Shown: piece after piece, positions 21,528-31,412 of the stretch
Position numbering within the stretch: position 1 is the first letter of the stretch
Layout of the letters: each line of letters begins with the position of its first letter
Source: Paramoeba atlantica
Lineage: Eukaryota; Protista; Discosea
Direction of reading: 5' to 3'
Assembly (NCBI GenBank): GCA_977017575.1
Contig: CDRNVI010000021.1
Coordinates: 682,001-746,000 of the forward strand
DNA: 64,000 nucleotides
Program-made: the position numbers and the translations under genes
The notes under the pieces: model-generated
Seen by the model: the letters and a program-made list of their open reading frames with translations, nothing else
Told to the model about the DNA's origin: nothing
Database searches by the model: none

Positions 21528-23045
21528 ATGAAACGAAGGAATAAAAAGGTTTCCGAAAAACAAATTGCACTGTCGAAAAAACCTAAGCGTGCCTTCAAGA
21601 CGTCATCCCCCTTATCAACAGAACCTTTAACCTCATGCGAACCCTCAGAGAATACGGTGGAAAGCAGCACTCCCCCCTGCAGCTTTCAACAACTTGGTTT
21701 GCATGCCTGGATCTGTCGTGTCTGCACTCACGTAGGCCTACTCAAGCCCACTCCGGTGCAGCAGAGGGCCATTCCACAGATCCTACGTGGGGATAGGTGT
21801 GTGATGGCGTGTGCCCCGACAGGAACAGGAAAAACAGCGGCTTATGTATTACCTCTTCTCCAGGCGCTCTCCTGTGACATGTATGGCATCTATGGTTTGG
21901 TGCTATCCCCGACACGCGAGCTTGCGATCCAGATTGCGGACCAGTTTCACTTATTCGGGACTCCCATGGGGGTACGCGTAGGGCTGGTGATTGGAGGCAT
22001 TAAACAGAAACTGCAATTTAACGCAGTGGAGACCCGGGCGCATTTTTTAATTGGTACCCCAGGGCGTATGCACTATTTACTGACCGAGTCCCCCTACGCC
22101 AACGTCGCGACCCGATATTTACGTTTCGTGGTATTTGACGAGGCCGATAAGTTACTCACCCTCACCGAAAACGCAGGAGAGGTACACCAACTCATCTCCT
22201 TTCTACAAACCGAACGTCCAACCCACGAACTCCGCTACCTCCTCTTCTCCGCTACTCTTAATCACACCGAGGCCGCCACACAATTAGGTCTTCTAGAGGC
22301 CCCAACCACCTCCCCTTCCCCCGATCTCCCGAAATCGCAACCCCCCAACCTCCCTACCCCTTCTAACTTCCCCAACCTCCCTACCCCTTCTAACTCCCCC
22401 AGCCCCCCCGCCCCCTCCCTCCCCCCCACCCTCTCCGAGCAGTTCCTCCTCGTCCCCAGCCACGTCAAGCTCATCCACCTCGCGCTCCTGCTCTCCCCCC
22501 CGGCCTGCCCCTGGCCCCGCGCCATGGTCTTTGCCAACTCCCGTCGCCGGGCCGCGGTCGTCCGCCTCACGCTCCAGCTCCTCGGGCTCTCCGTGTGCGG
22601 GATGCACGGGCTGCAGACCCAGCAGCAGCGCACGGACGCGCTCGCGCTGTTCGCGCTGGGGGCGTCGCGGGTGCTGGTGTGCACGGACGTGTTCGCCCGG
22701 GGGCTGGACATCCCGGGGGTCGACGTGGTGGTCCACTACGACTTCCCGGTGTCCGCGGTGCGGTATGTGCACCGCGCGGGGCGCACCGCGAGGGCGGGGA
22801 GGGGGGGGCTGTCGCTGGTGATGGTCACGGAGAGGGATGTGGGGATGTTTGAGAGGCTGGAGAGGGGGCTGGGGAGGCGGATGGGGAAGAGGGAGGGGGG
22901 AGGGGAGGAGCGGGTGTTGAGGGTGATGGATACGGTGACGCAGGCGTTGTGGGAGGCGGAGGGGATTGTGAGGAGGGAGTATCCGGTGGGGGGAGGGGGT
23001 GGGGGGAGGGATAAGGGTGGGGGAGGTGATGAAGTGGATGCGTGA
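21528..23045 (+). CDS. DBP8: DEAD-box RNA helicase, DDX49/Dbp8-like
   Basis: PTPVQ, APTGTGKT, LSCDMYGIYGLVLSPTRELAIQIADQF, DEAD, SAT, ARGLDIP, YVHRAGRTARAGR. Confidence 0.9.
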   Translation: MKRRNKKVSEKQIALSKKPKRAFKTSSPLSTEPLTSCEPSENTVESSTPPCSFQQLGLHAWICRVCTHVGLLKPTPVQQRAIPQILRGDRCVMACAPTGTGKTAAYVLPLLQALSCDMYGIYGLVLSPTRELAIQIADQFHLFGTPMGVRVGLVIGGIKQKLQFNAVETRAHFLIGTPGRMHYLLTESPYANVATRYLRFVVFDEADKLLTLTENAGEVHQLISFLQTERPTHELRYLLFSATLNHTEAATQLGLLEAPTTSPSPDLPKSQPPNLPTPSNFPNLPTPSNSPSPPAPSLPPTLSEQFLLVPSHVKLIHLALLLSPPACPWPRAMVFANSRRRAAVVRLTLQLLGLSVCGMHGLQTQQQRTDALALFALGASRVLVCTDVFARGLDIPGVDVVVHYDFPVSAVRYVHRAGRTARAGRGGLSLVMVTERDVGMFERLERGLGRRMGKREGGGEERVLRVMDTVTQALWEAEGIVRREYPVGGGGGGRDKGGGGDEVDA

Positions 23046-23262
23046 GATGAAGTAGAAGGATGAAGAGGAAATCATGTGAATGTTTTTACACGTACACAAC
23101 ATTCAAAACGTACGGACGTACGTTTGGAATTGATGATGTGGAATCATACATACATGAATATGTGCATACATTATGTTGTTTTACGGCATACTTGTGTTCG
23201 CTTTTGCTATCATTTTCTGTATCCATTTTCTATCTTTCTTCTTCACAATTTTATTCAAACTA

Positions 23263-26007
23263 ATGCCGCCGAAACCAAGCACTGGAGCTTCCAAATCAAC
23301 TAAAGGGAAGGAGAGTTCGAAGAGCGCTGGAAAGACTAAAAATGTGCCTCCTTCGCTTCTGGCTATGAAGGCTCAGATTGAAAAGCAGAAGCAAGCAGAA
23401 GCCAAACGAATGGCGGAGGAAGAGGCCGATCAAAAAAGAGTGGAAGAGGAAGAAAAACGTATAGCGTTGGAGGAACAGAAGAAAGAAGAAGAACGAAAAC
23501 GGAAGAAAGCTGCTGCGAAAACTATTACCTCCGCTGATAGGAAACTGTTGGAAAAACAGAAGAAATTAGAAGAACTAAGACACGCTGGGCATTTTATTCC
23601 TAAAGTTGCGGATGAGGAAAATGGAAATGATAGTGGAGGAAAAATGCAACGCTCCAACATGCGCCAGCTCTATAGTTCTCGTCGAAAAACAAATGTATCA
23701 AAACCTAGTGCTCCGCCACGGTGCGAAAATGAAGATGAAAAAATCAAAAGTAGAGCGTCGAACTTGGAGAGCCGCGGCTCGGAGAACGTAGGGTTGGAAA
23801 ATGAAGTTGGGCCACAGAATTTGGATTCTCTTTATAAAGATTTTGAAACTATCGTTGATCGAGGAGATCGCGATTTGTTTCATGACGCATCTGTCGAATC
23901 AGATGTCTGTGCCTCTTGGGAAGATTACTTAGAACACTCTGAACGGTTAGCAGCACGTCGCGTTTTAGCTACGCTTCATCCTGAGGTGGGGGTGATTCGA
24001 ATCGCTGTCAATGAAGAGCAAGCTAAAGAATGGAAATCTCTCATACAAAAGCACGAGAAGTCATTAGAAAACATTTCTGCAAAAGTATCGAGAACTCAAC
24101 TACCTTCTTCCAATGTGCCTTTAAAAAATGATGTCATCATTCATCCTACTTCGCTACGCTCGCCTATAATCTGTATCCTTGGTCACGTCGATGCCGGGAA
24201 AACATCCTTACTTGATTGCCTCCGACGTTCAAAAGTACAATCTGGCGAAGCCGGAGGAATAACGCAGCAAATTGGTGCTACGTTCTTTCCAATAGAACAT
24301 GTAGTACGACGTACCGCGTCATTAATTGAGGCCAACAAATTTCGAGGCGCAGATTCCAAAAAGGCTCTTATGCCGTCGGAGAGTAAGCTTCCGGGTTTCT
24401 TAATGATTGATACTCCTGGTCACTCATGCTTTACACACTTACGCTCACGCGGGTCCTCTCTCTGCGATATTGCCATCCTTCTCGTAGATCTCACGAAAGG
24501 TTTAGAAGCTCAGACAAAGGAAAGCTTAGACCTACTCCGACGTCGGAAGTGTCCTTTCATTGTGGTAATTAACAAAGTGGATCGGATGTATGACTGGGTG
24601 CCAACCTTGGATGCGCCATTTTCTGTTTGTCTTAGCAAGCAAAAAAAATACGTACACTCCGAGTTCTTATCCAGGGTTCAAACGGTTAAAACTCAGCTTA
24701 TGGAAGAAGGTTTCAACTCCGAGCTATTTTATGAAAATACTGACTTACGAAAAACGGTTTCCTTGGTTCCGGTCTCCGCTACCACGGGGGAAGGTATTCC
24801 TGATCTTTTATGTTTGTTGACCCAAATCGTGGAAAACTTTATGGAAAGCAAAGTAACTCTTCACGAAAAGGGCAGCGTGGACTGTACTTTGCTGGAGGTG
24901 AAAAAAACTGAGGGCTTTGGAACTACTCTAGATGTTATCCTTGTGAATGGTGCGTTGCACATTGGAGATACTATTGTCGTCTGCGGGCTAAACGGGCCTA
25001 TTGTTACAACGATTCGAAATCTATTAAGTCCGGCGCCTTGTACGGAGCTTCGTCTGCGTGGGGATTTTGTGACCCATCAAAGCGTACATGCCGCCAAAGG
25101 TGTGAAAATTGCTGCTCATGATATTGAAGATGCTGTTGCAGGGACTCCGCTGTTTGTGTACAACGACAAAGATCCCTCGCCCTCTCTGGAAGATCTAAAA
25201 TCCGATGTCATGAAAGATGTGACCTCTTTGAACTCCCGTCTTGAAGCCTCGGGAAGAGGTATTACCTTGCAAGCTTCTACACTTGGATCTTTAGAGGCTC
25301 TGCTTTCTTTTTTTGAGGAAAAGAAAGTTCCCGTGGCTTGCATTGCTTTAGGTCCTATACATAAGCGACACATGATTCACTGCCAAGTATCATTGGAACG
25401 TGATCCCAAAAACGCGCTTCTTCTTGCCTTCGACGTTCCCATATCGAAAGAAGCACAAGAGATTGCCGATTTTCACAAAATTCCGATTTTTTCATCGAAC
25501 GTGATATACACTCTATTCGATCGTTACATCGCATATGTAAAGCAAAAAGAAGAGCAGGCAAAAGATCGCAACCAAAATCTTGTTGTTTTTCCAGTAAGTT
25601 TTCGGTATTTACAGACGTTTCGAGCTGCCGACCCCATTGTTTTGGGGGTAGAGGTACTACGAGGCCAACTTCGTTCCGGAACTCCTATTGGAATATTGCC
25701 TAAAAATAACGCTGACAGTTCTACAAACAGCTTATCGCCTTCTTTTCAAACAATTGGAACGGTAGTTAGCGTTCAAAGTGAACACAAAGAAATACCAATC
25801 AGCCGTGCGGGGTCGAAAGTTGCAATTAAAATACAAACAAAGGATTTGGGCGCAGTCGTAGGAAGGCACGTACCCACAGATTGCATTTTTCATAGTGCGC
25901 TGTCTCGCAAAAGTATTGATGCTCTGAAGGAATCCTTTCGTGGCGATATGGCGGATGATGACTGGCGTCTGGTTGTGGAACTGAAAAGGATGCAGAGTGT
26001 CCTTTAA
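23263..26007 (+). CDS. EIF5B: Translation initiation factor eIF5B
   Basis: LRSPIICILGHVDAGKT, GEAGGITQQIGATFFP, IDTPGH, NKVDR, QASTLGSLEALL. First ATG at 23263. Confidence 0.97.
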   Translation: MPPKPSTGASKSTKGKESSKSAGKTKNVPPSLLAMKAQIEKQKQAEAKRMAEEEADQKRVEEEEKRIALEEQKKEEERKRKKAAAKTITSADRKLLEKQKKLEELRHAGHFIPKVADEENGNDSGGKMQRSNMRQLYSSRRKTNVSKPSAPPRCENEDEKIKSRASNLESRGSENVGLENEVGPQNLDSLYKDFETIVDRGDRDLFHDASVESDVCASWEDYLEHSERLAARRVLATLHPEVGVIRIAVNEEQAKEWKSLIQKHEKSLENISAKVSRTQLPSSNVPLKNDVIIHPTSLRSPIICILGHVDAGKTSLLDCLRRSKVQSGEAGGITQQIGATFFPIEHVVRRTASLIEANKFRGADSKKALMPSESKLPGFLMIDTPGHSCFTHLRSRGSSLCDIAILLVDLTKGLEAQTKESLDLLRRRKCPFIVVINKVDRMYDWVPTLDAPFSVCLSKQKKYVHSEFLSRVQTVKTQLMEEGFNSELFYENTDLRKTVSLVPVSATTGEGIPDLLCLLTQIVENFMESKVTLHEKGSVDCTLLEVKKTEGFGTTLDVILVNGALHIGDTIVVCGLNGPIVTTIRNLLSPAPCTELRLRGDFVTHQSVHAAKGVKIAAHDIEDAVAGTPLFVYNDKDPSPSLEDLKSDVMKDVTSLNSRLEASGRGITLQASTLGSLEALLSFFEEKKVPVACIALGPIHKRHMIHCQVSLERDPKNALLLAFDVPISKEAQEIADFHKIPIFSSNVIYTLFDRYIAYVKQKEEQAKDRNQNLVVFPVSFRYLQTFRAADPIVLGVEVLRGQLRSGTPIGILPKNNADSSTNSLSPSFQTIGTVVSVQSEHKEIPISRAGSKVAIKIQTKDLGAVVGRHVPTDCIFHSALSRKSIDALKESFRGDMADDDWRLVVELKRMQSVL

Positions 26008-26205
26008 CGGAGTGAAAATATTACAGTTCAGAGGAATACTTCGAGAGTACTCTGAAATATATATTTTTTACGTACTGAAACACCTTTCTTCATACCTTAT
26101 CAACAACAAAAGCGTCTCATCATGCACCTACCTTCTTATCATCCTCTCACGTTTGGTCACCATTCCAATTTGGAATCGATTTTTTCCTGTTCTTTTAATT
26201 TCTCA

Positions 26206-29200
26206 ATGGCAACCAGTCGCGCCTCCCGCAGTGTTAGCATTGAGAATGCCATCGTCCCATGCACAGTAGAGACGGAGGACATCACTCACTTAGAAATTCG
26301 CATCCCGGACGGTCCCGACACGATGGTAGTCCGCACCGATATGATGCTGGGCGAGGGAGCATTCGGAGTTGTTCTTGGCGGGACTCTCGAGTACGCCGGG
26401 GAAAAGACCGAAGTCGCCGTCAAATGTAGTCACAAGAAAGTGCGCGGGAAGGATCTGGACCGCTTGCGAGACGAGGTACGGATTATGAAAATGATGAAAC
26501 ATCCCCACATTGTGCGTTTCATTCATGCGGCCGTGCACATGGACTACGTGTATATCGTAATGGAACGATGTTTGAAGAAATCACTTCAGGATGTAATCCG
26601 GGAGTACACACTAAGTATGGAAGATGTGTTGCGGCTGGGACATCAAATTGTAGACGCAATTGCTTATATCCATTCTCGACACTGCATTCATCGTGATTTA
26701 AAACCGGGAAACTTTGTTTTTGATAGCGAAGGGAATATCAAGATTACAGATTTTGGTCTCTCCTCAAGTGTTTCGACGTTAGAGACACCACGAAAAACTG
26801 TCGCAGGGACCTATTCTTACATGGCGCCAGAACTCATGAAGCAAGTGCTGCACCACCAGAAAACAAGGACCATGGCTCCTGGGTTTCGGTACAATACAGA
26901 AATCGATGTGTACAGTCTTGGGGTGGTGTTGTTTTTCCTAGCCACAAGGGCTTCCCCTTACTGGAATGAAACCAAAGGGAGGGGGAAGGATCCGGACGTG
27001 TTGTGTAAAGCCGTCAGTGAGGGTCGGTGGGAGTGGCCACGCGGGTTCCATGCCGATATAGACTTTATGAAACTTGTGGAAAGTATGCTCCAAGTGGACG
27101 GCACTCGTCGTCCGGACCTTCGAGCAGTACAAAGACATGCAGTGTGGCTAAAGAGGCCGAAACACCCCAGTGTTGCTTTTCTAAAAGCGATTGGCGTTCG
27201 TAACTTTGAGCGCGAATTTCACAAATTACGCACCGATGAAGACGTAGAGCGAACACTTTATCAAAACATGCGAAGAAGTTATGACACATGTATCGATGTG
27301 CAGCAACGCGAGCTAAAGATTCGAAGTCTGTTAGTACACGAATATGACCTAAAGGTGGAGCAATGGAGGCGACAGCGCTTGGACCTACTTCAGAAAGCCT
27401 CTCTAAAGGTTGCACCTTCGCGTGAGGCAAGTACTCGCAGTGTACGAAGTAATTTGGCCTTTGCCGCGCCCTCCGCACGGAGATCTTTTAGTACACGTCG
27501 GTCGCCTTCGTTGGAAAGTGACTGGGGCCTCGCGGAAGGCTCCGCACGCTACAGTTTCCGACAAAGCACTCTCTCCTGGCACCCGGAGTCCAAGCGTACT
27601 ACAACAACCGATGCACCTGAGTCCCGTAAAGGAGCGGAGGGCAAAGGCTCCCCTTCCTCCTCGAGTCGTAAAAGAACTCGCCCCTCTCCTTCTCCAGCAC
27701 GGGGACGGCGCACGCCATCTTTTTGGCTGGATGGACCCCCGGCGAAATGGGAAGGTTCCTCTCCGCAGTTTGACTCACGGCGCCATGTAGTTCGGTGCCC
27801 GCGAAAACACGTCATGCAAGTCCTGGACAAGTTTCCGAAATTAAACGAAACTGGGACGGATGATTATGGGTGGGGTTTCTGGTGCGACGCTTGCCACAAG
27901 GAGGTCGCGACACTGACCAAAACTGACAACGTATTTTACCACTGCAAATGTGGCTATGACTTGTGTAAGACCTGCGGGGTACGTGCCAGCACACTCCATC
28001 CTAAAGTTACCACCGTGTCGGGCGCCGCGAATATAACCGTCAAGCCACCGCTTCAGGCATCCCCTACACGAGGCGCCGCGAAGGGCTCTACGAAACCACT
28101 GCCTCCAATCCCTTCATCAACCCCAACGCCCTCCCCACCCAAAGCACGCGCCGCACAGCAACTTGCCGCGAAATTACTTCCCAAAACACACACCCCTCCT
28201 TCCCAAAAAGACCGTGCCTCCCCACGCCGTGTCGGTCGTAGTCCTCTTCCACGTTCTCGTATCGCGGCCCAACTCGATGCCAATATCCCTACCCCTCCCA
28301 CCGACGTCACCAGCTCCAGCCCTCCCCACCCCGCCAAACGCGTTCCCCGCGCCTCCACCTCTGGCGCCACCACTGCCTCTCGCTCACGAACGAACAAACC
28401 CCCACTCCCCACCACCTCTACTACCCCCAACTCCCCCCTCCTCCCCTCCTCCCACCCCATGCAAACCCGATCCCGTAACGAGACCCCTACCCACCCCACC
28501 AACCTCCCCACCACCCGTCCCACCTTTGCTGCAGAAATCCACGACAACTACCCCACCACCTCCCTCCCCACCCCCCACCGTGTCTCCATCCCCCCCGGCA
28601 GTGTTAGCCCCTTCTTTACTGGATCCCTACCCGAACCCTTAAACGTACATCCCAACAACAGCCTTAGAACCACAACAGCAACAACAACCAACACAGCAGC
28701 AGCAGTAACCCCATCCCTTCACACACAACATCCCGACGCTATCTCGTCTCACCACCTCCCCCTCTCCCCCTCTCGTATCACAGCCCCCCATGAGGTTATA
28801 GCCCCCGAGTTCCCCGAGAGGGTCAGCAGTACTGTGGCTTCCTTATCTCTTACGGGTTCCCCCTCAGCGGAGTCCTCTTCGCGTGCTGCTGCTGCTGTAT
28901 CTGCTGCTGCTGTCTCGAGTCGCTCAAGAAAAGGTCAGCCCTCCTCTCCGTTAGCTGCAGCCTTCACGCCGGCCTCCCCCGTAGGGTCCAAGCCCCCGGC
29001 GGGGGAGCATGGCACCCCGTCGTCGAAACTACGGAAGGGGGGGCCGGGAAGGGGAAGGAGAGAGGGGGAGGAAGTCGAAAAGGGGGAGAGCCATGGGATG
29101 ACACGACGATCCCAGTCAAGCTCTTCGAGTGCGTTGACACGTGCGGCTTCTGCGGTGTCGTCCAACGCAGGTTTGATTATCCCGCAGGAGATTTCACGAT

Positions 29201-29826
29201 TAGAGGGGTGGATTCAGCATTATCAAGTGGTGCAGGAGGAAAATTTGGTGTACTTTTTGTATCAGTGTCAGGTGAATTGTTACGGCGCGTTGATTATGGA
29301 TCCGATTCAGGAACAGACCAGCGCGATTGTACATGATCTGGGGCAGCGGATGGTGTATTATATTCCCACGGTAAACCAAAATGAAGGTTCCCGAGCGCAG
29401 CATCCCCATCCCTATGTACACACTGTGTATACTGATACGATACAAACGCTGCGGGAGTCGGAAGCAACACGAAACGCGACAATCTCGACGCTTGTTCGGG
29501 TGCTTGCGGATTACGCGCAAAGTATCGGTACGTATCAGGAAGGGGTGTCCTGTCCCGAGCGTGTGGTGTACGTACGAAAGTTCTTCTTTGACTTTGTAAA
29601 TGAAGACCCGCGGTGGTACATGATGCGACTCTCAAACGGACGTACACAAATCTCACATCCGAACGAATATGTACAAATTCGGTGGATCTCACAGTCCCTG
29701 TCGGGGATGGATGCGGTACCGAAGTATCGTGTACGTGCGGGTAGCCCCCCTCAGCTGTTTCAGGATATTGAATACTTTGCATCGATCAGGGAAACTCTGG
29801 AAAAATTCGAGGAAATTGAAGCCTAG
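26206..29826 (+). CDS. KKT2: KKT2/KKT3-like kinetochore kinase (polo-related): kinase, central Zn domain, divergent polo boxes
   Basis: N-terminal kinase (LGEGAFG, VAVK, HRDLKPGN, DFG, APE); central CPRKH...WCDACH...YHCKCGYDLCKTC; C-terminal VYVRKF...MRLSNGRTQI polo-box-like segment. This three-part layout is that of kinetoplastid KKT2/KKT3. Confidence 0.75.
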   Translation: MATSRASRSVSIENAIVPCTVETEDITHLEIRIPDGPDTMVVRTDMMLGEGAFGVVLGGTLEYAGEKTEVAVKCSHKKVRGKDLDRLRDEVRIMKMMKHPHIVRFIHAAVHMDYVYIVMERCLKKSLQDVIREYTLSMEDVLRLGHQIVDAIAYIHSRHCIHRDLKPGNFVFDSEGNIKITDFGLSSSVSTLETPRKTVAGTYSYMAPELMKQVLHHQKTRTMAPGFRYNTEIDVYSLGVVLFFLATRASPYWNETKGRGKDPDVLCKAVSEGRWEWPRGFHADIDFMKLVESMLQVDGTRRPDLRAVQRHAVWLKRPKHPSVAFLKAIGVRNFEREFHKLRTDEDVERTLYQNMRRSYDTCIDVQQRELKIRSLLVHEYDLKVEQWRRQRLDLLQKASLKVAPSREASTRSVRSNLAFAAPSARRSFSTRRSPSLESDWGLAEGSARYSFRQSTLSWHPESKRTTTTDAPESRKGAEGKGSPSSSSRKRTRPSPSPARGRRTPSFWLDGPPAKWEGSSPQFDSRRHVVRCPRKHVMQVLDKFPKLNETGTDDYGWGFWCDACHKEVATLTKTDNVFYHCKCGYDLCKTCGVRASTLHPKVTTVSGAANITVKPPLQASPTRGAAKGSTKPLPPIPSSTPTPSPPKARAAQQLAAKLLPKTHTPPSQKDRASPRRVGRSPLPRSRIAAQLDANIPTPPTDVTSSSPPHPAKRVPRASTSGATTASRSRTNKPPLPTTSTTPNSPLLPSSHPMQTRSRNETPTHPTNLPTTRPTFAAEIHDNYPTTSLPTPHRVSIPPGSVSPFFTGSLPEPLNVHPNNSLRTTTATTTNTAAAVTPSLHTQHPDAISSHHLPLSPSRITAPHEVIAPEFPERVSSTVASLSLTGSPSAESSSRAAAAVSAAAVSSRSRKGQPSSPLAAAFTPASPVGSKPPAGEHGTPSSKLRKGGPGRGRREGEEVEKGESHGMTRRSQSSSSSALTRAASAVSSNAGLIIPQEISRLEGWIQHYQVVQEENLVYFLYQCQVNCYGALIMDPIQEQTSAIVHDLGQRMVYYIPTVNQNEGSRAQHPHPYVHTVYTDTIQTLRESEATRNATISTLVRVLADYAQSIGTYQEGVSCPERVVYVRKFFFDFVNEDPRWYMMRLSNGRTQISHPNEYVQIRWISQSLSGMDAVPKYRVRAGSPPQLFQDIEYFASIRETLEKFEEIEA

Positions 29827-30269
29827 TTGATTCGTCTGCTTTTGTATCCTATTTTTTGGATCTTAACAAAGTAGTCTTAGTGGTCGTTAGATAGCAGGGT
29901 TTACGGTTTAGATACACATAACTAGTGAGCGGAACTCGACAGTTTGAATAGCTAATTCTGGTTTTTAAGAGTTTTTAGTAATCCGTTGTAGATTTACTTT
30001 TTATGTGAATCACTCATCACGTAGTTCGAATATGATTTTATAGTCATAATCTTTAGGGGTGTTGCATAAATTCACGTCTATTGAGTTACGTAATCTTATA
30101 CAAACCTCAAAGTTAGGTAAAGGTTTAGTCTTGAATATGAGTTCGTTGCCAACTGTCATGAAATAGTTTTTTGACAGCACTAGTTTTGATAGATTCGGAT
30201 TTTCCTCTTTCTTTAAGTTTTTACGAAAAAGCATGTTGACATGAAATAGCACTGCACAGTAAGTCTAGC

Positions 30270-31163
30270 ATGGAGACCAACATTTCCTTATCTGTCAGCA
30301 AGACTTCATCTACGAGTAATTCTACGCAACGTAGCAAGACGCATACTCGAAACACAACCAGTGGTACAACATCCGACTACTCGCATATTTTTCAAACTCT
30401 TTTAGCACATCAAATTCCTTTTGTCACTCAAAGCGCTGTAAATCTTTTAGGTGGGAAGGTAAAGAAGACTCAACTACAAGTCTTGCTGGATCGGTGGATT
30501 CAAAACAAAAAGATACATTCAAAAACGTATCATAATGGGAAAACGGTAGTCTACTATCCAAAATGGGATCATAAATCAATGACAGATGATCAAGAACATG
30601 TTCAGGAAATGTCCATGAGTCCTGGAACGAAAAATGACAAATCAGAAGTTTTTTATCACAAAGGTACTTCAAATCAAAAACGCGCGTTTTCTAACTCTCC
30701 TGAAAAGGAGAAGTTCTCTGATCAAGATGAACATCATTCAAAAGCGTCTTCCCTTGAGTCTCTTCTATCTCAGGAAAAGGAAATGTCGAAGAAGCACTTA
30801 AGCAGGCAGAAAATATTTGAACAGATGCAAACTGAACGAAGTAAAATTTCCTGTATGAGCAGTTTTAGACAGCTAGAAGAGAGAATCCAAGACGCGGAAA
30901 GGAAAATTTGTGAAGCTAAGGAAAGAATAGATACTCTCAAACAACATAGCGGCACTTTGAGTAGCACAGAAGACATTGAAAAAGCAGTCAACAGATATGC
31001 AAATATGCGTAGCTTATGGGTAGAGCGACGTTCCATGGTGGTTGATGCTATACACTCTATTGCGGGTGATATGCGCTCTAGTTCTGAAGTTATAACAGAG
31101 TTTGGAATTGAAACTGATGAATCAGCAGGAGTTTCTCTTTCAAAATTTCCTGTGAATTTTTAA
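30270..31163 (+). CDS. HOP2: Meiotic recombination protein Hop2 (TBPIP/PSMC3IP)-like
   Basis: N-terminal winged-helix-like KTQL..LLD......KI.SKTY.....VYY, a coiled coil, and C-terminal W..RRSM..D......EFGIETDE. Confidence 0.8.
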   Translation: METNISLSVSKTSSTSNSTQRSKTHTRNTTSGTTSDYSHIFQTLLAHQIPFVTQSAVNLLGGKVKKTQLQVLLDRWIQNKKIHSKTYHNGKTVVYYPKWDHKSMTDDQEHVQEMSMSPGTKNDKSEVFYHKGTSNQKRAFSNSPEKEKFSDQDEHHSKASSLESLLSQEKEMSKKHLSRQKIFEQMQTERSKISCMSSFRQLEERIQDAERKICEAKERIDTLKQHSGTLSSTEDIEKAVNRYANMRSLWVERRSMVVDAIHSIAGDMRSSSEVITEFGIETDESAGVSLSKFPVNF

Positions 31164-31412
31164 CCTAAAAATTCATTGTACGTATTTTCGTCACGCTAGC
31201 TCTACAGTTGTTTGCTACTTTTAACTTGCCATTTTTTTGTGTATTTTCGTCTTTCTTATTTGCGATTAGTTGTACGATTTTACAACTCAACTTTGATTAC
31301 ATTGTATTTTTTAGTAATGACCAATACGTTTTCAATATTTTGTGCTCATTGCTCTATATTTCCGCTCTTGATTTGGTAACGATAAAAAGTAAACGATATT
31401 TAGTAACGATAA

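Noticed and set aside
22262-23102. Long antisense or alternate-frame ORFs over DBP8, GPR89, the kinase, RFC3 and RCC1
   Set aside because: They result from stop-codon scarcity in the GC-skewed patches; the products are low-complexity with no motifs.
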